64,000 bases of DNA from NCBI GenBank assembly GCA_964019335.1, contig OZ025656.1, forward strand, positions 744,001 to 808,000, given 5' to 3'. The position numbers were made by a program, and so were the translations under genes. The notes beneath the pieces were generated by a model, which saw only the letters and a program-made list of their open reading frames with translations, was not told the DNA's origin and did not search any database. The DNA is from Diplonema japonicum. Taxonomy: Eukaryota > Protista > Euglenozoa: Diplonemea. Below, one piece after another: positions 56,254 to 64,000 of the stretch (positions are counted from its first letter, which is position 1; every line of letters starts with the position of its first letter).

Positions 56254-58061
56254 ATGGCAGATGAAGGCGAAGGTGGCGAAAGGGTGAGCAATCTCGAAGA
56301 GAAGGAGAAGGAGGCAGACGACTCAAAGAAACGAACAAAAGGTCCACCGCCGCAACCGGGGAACAAGGCTGAGTTGATTAAAAAGCCTGCCCCGCCTGCT
56401 CCAACGCAGGCCCTGGAGAATGGCACGCTGATAAAGGGCAAGTACAAGATATCAAGTAAGATAGGCCAAGGTGCTTTTGGGGAGACATATGTTGGGGAGA
56501 ACGTGACCGACGGCACATCCGCGACGTATGCCATCAAGGTATGCTGTGGCATTTGTTGTTCACTTGTGACAGATCGAACGATGCAATGGCGCCGCCAAAA
56601 GAGATGTGCTGAAGTCGGAGGTCATCGCCTTGAAGAAGCTGCAAGGTTGCCCTAATGTTGTGAAATACATTGGCAGCGGGAGAGATGACACACTGCAGAT
56701 TAACTATCTTGTGATGGAGCGGCTTGGGAATGACATCGCGGAGATCAGGAAACGCACACAGAAGCAAACGTATGGTTTTTACACCTTTTATTATAATGTC
56801 CGCAGGTTCGAGTTAGCCTCGACCATCCGCCTTGGGCTGCAGATGCTGGAATCCATTCAAGGAGTCCACGAGCAGCACTACATACATAGAGACATCAAGC
56901 CTAGCAATTTCGTGATCGGCAGAGAAAACCCGGAAAAGGTTTATCTCATCGACTTCGGCCTTGCCAGGAGGTACCGCTCCAATGGTGTAATCAGAGCCGC
57001 ACGTCAGGCAGCCGGGTTCCGAGGAACAGCTAGATATGCAAGCATCCACTCCCACAAGCAGATGGAGCTGGGGAGGAGGGACGATCTATGGTGCTTATTC
57101 TATGTCCTTGTCGAGTTCAGGTCTGAAAGCGGCCTCCCTTGGAGAAGGCATAAGGTATGCACATTTACCAAGCATAACCCTTCACAACAGGAGAAGAACG
57201 TTATAGGTGAGATAAAGGAGCGTTACACGAACGAAACCCTCGTGCAGCATCTCCCCACAGCGTTCTCCTTATTCATGAGACATCTGTTTTCCTTGACATA
57301 TGAGAGTGAGCCTGACTACTATTATTTGAAGTCGCTTCTTCAAAGCATTGCCGAAGAAGATAATGTATGCCCTAGTGCCACTCATCACACTGCATAGATC
57401 GATCTAACAAAACCTATGGAGTGGCAGAGGCCTGGCTTCGGCCAGCCGCCAAAGAAAGAAGCGAGGCATGAAGCTCCGCCGGCGAACCCACTTGCGCGAA
57501 ATGATGCAGAGCAGGCGCCGCCACCGCGGGAGAAGGAGGTGAAAGAAGTGAAAGAAGTGATAGAGGAAGCTCAGGTGAAGGAGCCCGAGCCGCAGGTGAA
57601 GGAAGTGAAACAGGAACCAGACAAAGACAAGGATGCGACTCTTCCAACTCCGGCAGGGAGCGGTCTCCTCATGTCGCCAGCATCGCCCACGCCGACGTCC
57701 CCACGTGCACCGCCGCCGGCTCCTATCCCTGCGGCGGAGAGGGCACCAACTCCTCCGCAGCTTATTCCTGAGCCTGCGCACCCCACTGTGCCGCCTGTTG
57801 AAAAAGAACCAGAAGTGCAGCACGCAAAGGTATTCAAACTTCACCACCTCCACTGCAATAGGTCGGCAACCCGAGGAACGGAGCATTGGAGACGAAGCCC
57901 GAAAGGAATGACGAGGTATGCCATTCACTGCACAGGCACCACGCCACTAACAGGAGTCGTCGTCCACGCCGCCCAACGGCCAAAACATGAAGGATGCGGG
58001 AGCTCCGCCCAGCGAAGGGAAGGAGAGGCAAAAATGCAAAGAGTGTTGCATAGCTATGTAA
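56254..58061 (+). CDS. TTBK: Tau-tubulin kinase / casein kinase 1 family kinase with C-terminal CaaX (introns 56539-56572, 56770-56805, 57155-57190, 57365-57397, 57830-57861, 57916-57953)
   Basis: KIGQGAFGE, LKSEV..LKKLQG, HRDIKPSNF, IDFGLARRY, FRGTARYAS, GRRDDLW, EPDY; Pro/Glu-rich tail; spliced end KCKECCIAM*. Confidence 0.88.
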
Positions 58062-58811
58062 ATGAACAACTCCCTCAATGTAACTGGCACCACCGGCTAG
58101 CTCACGAGTCCTACAACAACAGATAAGGTCTTATTGTTGTGTGATCGAGTGAGCTCTGCAAAGAAATATGAATAATAGTAAGTTCCTACCTAGATCTCTG
58201 TTTGTAGCATCCCTCGTTTCTCCTTGTAGCATCCCTGCTGTGCTTGCGGTTTAGTAATTGCCGTCCTCGGGACTGGTAGCACGCCATTTTTCCGAGGAAA
58301 GTACAGAGAAAAAGAGCATGATAAGAAGAAGGAAAATAGTGTTTGGGGTTTCTGTTTATTCTGGACACTGGGCGAACAGGACACGCGTCTGGTGTGTTTG
58401 TGGTTCTTCTTCAATTTTTCTCTTTTTTCTTTTTTCCCTTAGTATTTTAACGAATAGTTGTACTCTGCCTTGCATAGCGGATCACTGCTCCTAAGCAGAG
58501 GCTTATTATGTTGCTGTCTATCTTCTATGTTATGGTTATTCTCATGTCTCCGTCCCTATCGCACAGCACCACAGGTAATATGAGAACGTGACTTCTCGAC
58601 CAAGAGAACTAAAGAGACGACATCAATAAACAGAAAGAAGACGTGAGTAGGATTGGAGTACCTTGAGTCTATTTCATCATCTTCATAGTTTAGAATGTTT
58701 GTTCCTTTCTTTGCGGGGCTTCCGCTCCCATCACCCTCAAATCATATGATTTTCTGTTTTATTATGTTTCGGTAGCTTCCCAACGTGACTCATGACTTCA
58801 CAGGTGCGAGA

Positions 58812-59750
58812 ATGGGCGACGTGCCGAACCTTGTGCAGATCAATCTTCTGCGGCTTACAAGAAGCCATGTGGTGAAGCTTCAGACACAGTATTTTCCTCA
58901 TCTTCTGACGCAAATGATCCAGGGCTGCTATGTTAGGGTGCTGCTAGAAGCGGGAGACGGCGGTGAGCAGCGATACAGGATGGCTAAAATCAGCGGGACG
59001 AGATCGGGCGAGGAATACAGCGGGTACTCTTTCGGAAGCGATTCAACTACAACCTACCTCGACCTGGATGTGCCGCAGGCCCTAGGCCACTCCACAAACA
59101 GTATCCAATTGAATTCAATCAGCAACAGCGACTTTTCCCAAGAAGAGTACGACACGTGGCTCAACAACATACCGGCTAGTGAGAAGCATAAGAAAATACC
59201 TACACCCTCGCAGCTAGAGGACAAATGGAATGAAATAAGGCCTCACCTACAAAAGGCAGGAATCGATGTCTCGAGGATGGGTCAGGATGTCTTCAAAAGC
59301 GTGCGCAGCAGTGCCACTATTATCCCGAGAAATGACCCAAAGAAGCGCAAGCTACCTGACGCCCAGAACAATAGCGGTCTTGACGAAGTCAAAGAGCTCA
59401 AGGTATGCGCCAAAGATACAGGTTGAACGACTTACAGTTCCAGCTAGAGTCTCGCAAAGACTTTCCCAAGGAGCTAAACAATCTCACCATGGATGAGCTA
59501 CACATCTTAGAGGACCAGGTGCAGGAGTACATGAACACCCTGCGACAACGCAAAAAGGATATGTCCCACTGTAAGGTACTGTCTATGTTACACACTCTAT
59601 CTTTCACAGATATGTATGGAGAAAGACGTAGAAGTAGTGCTCTTGCCCTGTAAACACCAGATCATGTGCCAATCCTGCTCGTACCAAGTCGAGGACTGCC
59701 CTGTCTGTAGGACTGCAATCACCGATAGGATCACCCCGCATAAGTTTTAG
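58812..59750 (+). CDS. Plus3 domain - coiled coil - C3HC4 RING protein (introns 59403-59437, 59576-59609)
   Basis: LRLTRSHV..GCYVRV..YRMAKI..LNSISNSDFSQEEYDTW is Plus3-like; the spliced C-terminus CKIC..LLPCKH..CQSC..CPVCR is a RING-HC. Confidence 0.85.
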
Positions 59751-59922
59751 AAGCCCCTTCTGAAGTATTTACTCCCTGATTTTTATCTCTCCCTTTTTTT
59801 TGTTTTGTTAGATATGAAAAGAAGAAAACACTGATTCCTTGAGCTTTTTGTCCATTCAACCCCAAGCTAAGGGCAGTTACCATTACACTACCTGAATCCC
59901 ATTATCAGTCAGACAGGTGCCG

Positions 59923-60918
59923 ATGACAGAGGGGGTAAACGCGGACGAAGCCGTTGCTGTGGTGGCAGGAGTGCACTGTCTCGTGCGGTCGTTTCATGAC
60001 TGCATGGCAATGTTTTTGAAAGATGGGAAGTTCGACTTTCTGGAGAGGTGGATGGACGTTATCGACAGGCTCACGAAAGGGGACAAAGACCACGCGGGTC
60101 TGGAGAGCAGATTCACCAAACAGATGGAGTTCAGCATCTTAGAAGTAGAGACCGAAGCAAGTGTAATTCAATCTTGCGACCTCCCTTCCTTGTTCCACTC
60201 TATTGCAGGTATTCTTGGGAGGGCCTTCTACTTGGTGCGTGAGCAGGCAGTTCCTTTCGCCACAGTTGACAGTGACCTCCGTCCACTGCATAAAGCGCCT
60301 TTCCGGCACAGGCCCGCCACTGCCAACTTGAGAAAGTATAAGAGCCCTCAACCTGTCTCCCCATCCGATTTCCAGCAGCATCATCCTCCCCCGAACCCCA
60401 TGGTTACGAGGGACGGCCTGTCCATGCGGTCTATCATCCAAAAGCCTCAGAGCAGGCTAAAAAGTACGCAGAACCCTGCCCAGCTAAGTGTTGTACGTGA
60501 TGCTGCCGACCCGAGAAGAGTGCAGCGGCCATCTCCAAAGCCTGAGCTGCTGCCACCTTCGACAGTGTGGATGAATGCATTGAAAATACCGAAGAAACGG
60601 AAGCAGCCTGCAAAGCACTGGGAAGAGGCTGAAAAGGGTTTCAACAACAAAAGACCCCATGACCCCGTCGGTATCTCTGCACCCCTCAACCCTATATCTA
60701 CCCCGATACCCGTACCCCATGATGACGTACCTTTTGCTGAGCACGTTGCTAGTCTGAAGAACAGAACACGCTACGGCGGCGACTACCTGCAACAGGATAG
60801 CTTCGCTCCACCAGCCTGTTTAAATCCGCCCTCGATCCCATCGGTGCCTAACATGTTCATCAAACAGACTGCGCGACAGGAAGAGATCTCGTGGATGACA
60901 ACAGCATTAACCGTTTAA
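59923..60918 (+). CDS. Hypothetical protein with Pro-rich C-terminal half
   Basis: 331-aa ORF with ACAG 6 nt upstream of the ATG; no family recognised. Confidence 0.65.
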   Translation: MTEGVNADEAVAVVAGVHCLVRSFHDCMAMFLKDGKFDFLERWMDVIDRLTKGDKDHAGLESRFTKQMEFSILEVETEASVIQSCDLPSLFHSIAGILGRAFYLVREQAVPFATVDSDLRPLHKAPFRHRPATANLRKYKSPQPVSPSDFQQHHPPPNPMVTRDGLSMRSIIQKPQSRLKSTQNPAQLSVVRDAADPRRVQRPSPKPELLPPSTVWMNALKIPKKRKQPAKHWEEAEKGFNNKRPHDPVGISAPLNPISTPIPVPHDDVPFAEHVASLKNRTRYGGDYLQQDSFAPPACLNPPSIPSVPNMFIKQTARQEEISWMTTALTV

Positions 60919-60998
60919 CCGACCGCATTTCTATGCAGCTTGATAATTTAGTTTTTCATACAATTTCTTATCCCCCTAAGTTTTTACCCGACAGTTAC

Positions 60999-62141
60999 AT
61001 GTCGCGCGTCTTCACATGCCATGCCCCCTTGATGTCGGCGCTGCCGGCGAAGGAGGGTGTTTTGGGTGGTCTCCGATTCAGCGTGAAAGACATCTTTGAT
61101 GTTGCAGGGTATCAAACTGGTTTTGGAAGCCCCACATGGATGGAAAAGCACCCTGACACCGCCACCAAAGATGCGGAGGCTGTCAGGCTGTTAAATGAGA
61201 ATGGTGCTACATTTGTTGGGAAGACCATCATGTGTGAACTCGCGTGGAGTCTGACAGGCGAAAACGAGCATTATGGTACCCCGCCCAACCCTGCAGCGCC
61301 TGGGTGTGTCCCTGGTGGGTCTTCTAGCGGCGCTGCTGTCTCTGTTGCTGATGGCTCGTGCGACATCGCGCTGGGAACCGACACGGGCGGTAGTGTGAGG
61401 ATCCCATCCAGTCACTGTGGGCTGTGGGGCCTCAGACCTACGCATGGCAGGATCTCTCTTGAGGGTGCGTGTAGCCTAGCGCACAGCTTCGACACGACAG
61501 GTGTCTTTGCCAAGAATGCCGAGCATCTACGTTTGGCTACGTCTGTCTTACTGCAAGGCAAAGGACAGGCTGCAGCACAGCCGAGATGGCTTGTTGCTAC
61601 TAACTCTTTAGATGTTCTTGAGAGCACTGCAAGGGAGGTGGTGGATTCGTTCCTCTCTGGGCTAGACGTGCCTCTTGAAAAGGTGCACACAGGTGATGTC
61701 GAGGAGCAGATACAGCTGCTGAAGGTGATCCAGGCTTCTGAAGTGTGGGGAGAGTACGGCAAATGGGTCACAGAAGAGAAACCTGTGTTTGGCAAGATTG
61801 TAAATGAACGGTTCAAGTTCGCGGAGAAGAGTAATGCCGAAGAAGTGGAAAGGGCAACCGGAAGAAGGGGGGAGATCAAGGCAATGGCACAAGCATTGCT
61901 TGGTGATGATGGGCTGCTTCTGCTCCCTGCCGCTCCGTCTTTCCCTCCTAAGTGTGGCGGTGAGGCTGATGCTGCATGGCGTGATCAGGTGCTAAGGCTG
62001 ACATCTTTAGCAGGGTTGGCAGGCCTGCCTCAGGTAGTGTTCCCATTGAACAGTGAGAAAGGTGCACTCGGGATGAGCGCCATAGGACCCGAGGGGTCAG
62101 ACGAGTGGCTCATGCAGTCCGTCCAGTCACTCCTGAAGTAG
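60999..62141 (+). CDS. Amidase signature family enzyme
   Basis: VKDIF (catalytic Lys), GKT..ELA.SL.GEN.HYGTP.NP, PGGSSSG, GTDTGGSVRIP, AGLAGLPQ. Confidence 0.92.
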   Translation: MSRVFTCHAPLMSALPAKEGVLGGLRFSVKDIFDVAGYQTGFGSPTWMEKHPDTATKDAEAVRLLNENGATFVGKTIMCELAWSLTGENEHYGTPPNPAAPGCVPGGSSSGAAVSVADGSCDIALGTDTGGSVRIPSSHCGLWGLRPTHGRISLEGACSLAHSFDTTGVFAKNAEHLRLATSVLLQGKGQAAAQPRWLVATNSLDVLESTAREVVDSFLSGLDVPLEKVHTGDVEEQIQLLKVIQASEVWGEYGKWVTEEKPVFGKIVNERFKFAEKSNAEEVERATGRRGEIKAMAQALLGDDGLLLLPAAPSFPPKCGGEADAAWRDQVLRLTSLAGLAGLPQVVFPLNSEKGALGMSAIGPEGSDEWLMQSVQSLLK

Positions 62142-62350
62142 ATATTCCTTCATGTATTGTATCCTCACCTGCGCAGCCCTTCCACCGCAGGTCACGAGAG
62201 TGGTGTGATTATTCGATTTCCCTGGTTCCGTCCAATGCCCCAGCGACAAGGCAAGATGTTCTCTGGTGGAACAACGTTAAGATTGCTTGCATGCAACATC
62301 TACTTCATTTAATTTCTTGTTCGACACGAACTGCCACATATTAACAGGAA

Positions 62351-63604
62351 ATGCAACCCAACATGTGTCAGGTCCCTCAGGGTGCTACCCTAACACCTGA
62401 GCAGCAGGCGTACTACGCCCATATGCAAGAGTATCAAAAGCAATATCAAAACCATTATCAAAATTTTGCAGCGGCTGAAGCATACCGTATGGCAGGGTAC
62501 CAGTATACGTCACAGGCACAGGCTCAGGTCCAAGAACAGGTTGATGTTCCTGGTCACGTAGAGGAAGAGAAGCTGACCGTTGCTTGTGACACATCCATGG
62601 GGCTTGAACCCAAGCTGCTAACCAATATTCTAGAAGACTACTACTTCAAGGTATGTATAGGTTTCACATGTAACGTATCACAGGAGCTTGTAAAGTTCAC
62701 GACGTTCGAAGAGTTGTGTGAGGAGGCGAAAAAAGAAGCGACACATGTGAATGCCTGGGGAGGTATGAGGGGCGACTATAAACGGGCAGACAACATGGTG
62801 ATCGGGCGAAGGAGGTCGGAGTGCAACGAGCATGAAAACAGGTCACCCATGAAGATGTGGTGCATCCTGTACAGAATGTACCAGATCAGGCTTACCTCAG
62901 ATCAGCTGAAAACCCTGTTGAAAGAGACTTCGAAGATATGCCTTCGGTGCATGGGTATCCTCTACGTCCGCTTCACACAGCCGCCCGAGGACATGGTCGA
63001 CTGGATCCAAGGAAACCTCAGGGACACTGAGAGCGTTGTGCAGGTGTGTCCGCAAGGGTTGCGAACTGGGACCTCCACCACGCTCTCCAAGTTGGCAAAA
63101 AACGTGCTGCTTGAAATGAATTACCTTGACACGAGGTTTCCTCGTATCCCAGTTAAGAAGCTCCAGGATATAAGAAAGAAGCTTCAAGGTGAGGATGACT
63201 ACAACAGAGAAGCAGAAAGGCGATCCGATTGGGTGAAGGACAGCAGAAGTAAGCGTGATGAAAGGGACAGCACAGGAAGGGACCGGGACAGAGACTTCGG
63301 CAGGGATAGGGACAGGGACAGGGACTACGACCGCAAAGAAAAGAAGGAGGATGAAGTCAAGAAGAAGAGGAGGGGTGGTAGACTTGACTTGGATATGCTC
63401 CCACCTAGGAAGGGGGTCGACAGCGATAAGTTGCGTGGCAGGGAACGGAGACTGGAGGAGTTGAGGAGCACCACGAAAAGGTCAGATGACAAGCGTGAAA
63501 CTTCACGCACACCTACACCGGAACCCAAGAAGGATGGGGTGAAGGCGTATGACGCGATCAGGGGCGAGGCCCTGAAGAGAACGTATGCACCCACGTATAA
63601 CTAA
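62351..63604 (+). CDS. PRPF38B: Pre-mRNA splicing factor PRP38 family (PRPF38B-like; probable in-frame intron 62651-62683)
   Basis: LLTNILEDYYFK|EL, CILYRMYQIRLT..Q, R.MG.LYVRFTQPP.D..DW, DTRFPRIPV, RD-rich tail. Confidence 0.87.
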   Translation: MQPNMCQVPQGATLTPEQQAYYAHMQEYQKQYQNHYQNFAAAEAYRMAGYQYTSQAQAQVQEQVDVPGHVEEEKLTVACDTSMGLEPKLLTNILEDYYFKVCIGFTCNVSQELVKFTTFEELCEEAKKEATHVNAWGGMRGDYKRADNMVIGRRRSECNEHENRSPMKMWCILYRMYQIRLTSDQLKTLLKETSKICLRCMGILYVRFTQPPEDMVDWIQGNLRDTESVVQVCPQGLRTGTSTTLSKLAKNVLLEMNYLDTRFPRIPVKKLQDIRKKLQGEDDYNREAERRSDWVKDSRSKRDERDSTGRDRDRDFGRDRDRDRDYDRKEKKEDEVKKKRRGGRLDLDMLPPRKGVDSDKLRGRERRLEELRSTTKRSDDKRETSRTPTPEPKKDGVKAYDAIRGEALKRTYAPTYN

Positions 63605-63949
63605 TCAACACACCACAGGACGGACAGCAAGACATCCCAGGCAAGGGCAGCTATTCTGAAACTGACGCGCTAGTACCTAGCAGTTAGCGCCTAGTTCATC
63701 CAACTAGTGCTTGTAAATGTTGTCTTTTGAGTGCATGATTACATTCACCACAGGAGAGGGTCAAGATGGTGATAACGATGATCGGACGCATGTAACTAAG
63801 TGTCTCCTTCCGGAAACACAAACAGTTGCTCTAACCTCAACGCTATAAGGTCATGTGGCAAGTGCTAGTGATCAGTTGATTTGAGGCTTACATGTTTCAC
63901 GAGCAATGACACGGGTAGAGCTTTACACAAAATGCCCTCATGTTACAGC

Positions 63950-64000
63950 ATGACGTGCGAGGGGACGACAACAGCAAAGGATCTCCAAGCCTGCAAGGGT
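63950..64000 (+). CDS. Possible start of the next gene (3'-partial)
   Basis: TTACAG-C-ATG context as for the other genes; open to the window end (MTCEGTTTAKDLQACKG). Confidence 0.35.
   Translation, partial: MTCEGTTTAKDLQACKG

Larger units (their letters stand above)
1..64000 (+). other. Unidirectional gene cluster with putative trans-splice acceptors
   Basis: Every credible gene is on +. CAG/ACAG ends at 3475, 10429, 12144, 17139, 22504, 23453, 24454, 26553, 52273, 58803, 59916, 60994 and 62347, each 3-12 nt before an ATG. Confidence 0.75.

Noticed and set aside
59403-59421. Possible 19-nt intron (GTATG..TACAG) in the Plus3 gene
   Set aside because: Leads to a stop before the RING; the 35-nt intron ending at 59437 restores the frame.
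23459-62141. TM-TPR gene and amidase gene as a split Toc64/OM64
   Set aside because: 37 kb apart, both families are common and the amidase retains its catalytic motifs; no evidence of linkage.

Overview
Eukaryotic nuclear DNA, most likely a euglenozoan such as a diplonemid (inferred from gene organisation, not from a database match). About 29 protein-coding genes lie head-to-tail on the + strand, often only 40-110 nt apart. Most start codons have a CAG/ACAG acceptor-like motif a few nt upstream, consistent with polycistronic transcription and spliced-leader trans-splicing. The genes also carry about 48 manually inferred GT-AG cis-introns, mostly 30-45 nt, A/C-rich and without a polypyrimidine tract; these fragment the ORF track. 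Splicing them out gives: two RPLP1 copies, a ~2199-aa MST/STE20-like pseudokinase fused to seven TBCC/RP2 domains, an NDR kinase, RMND5, a bestrophin, a J-domain protein, TPR/B-box/ankyrin/TLC proteins, a GT-A glycosyltransferase, two tandem ~2500-aa PAN/apple-EGF-C-type-lectin type I membrane proteins, an F-box membrane protein, a TMTC O-mannosyltransferase, eIF2B-delta, a TTBK/CK1 kinase ending in a CaaX box, a Plus3-RING protein, an amidase and PRP38B. The most unusual items are the pseudokinase-7xTBCC protein, the duplicated giant surface receptors (near-identical for 7.8 kb from the ATG, then different C-tails, with a different base composition and intron style inside the shared block) and the mini-intron/trans-splice grammar. 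No rRNA, tRNA, CRISPR array or recognisable transposon was seen. All intron and domain calls are by eye and need RNA-seq and HMM confirmation.
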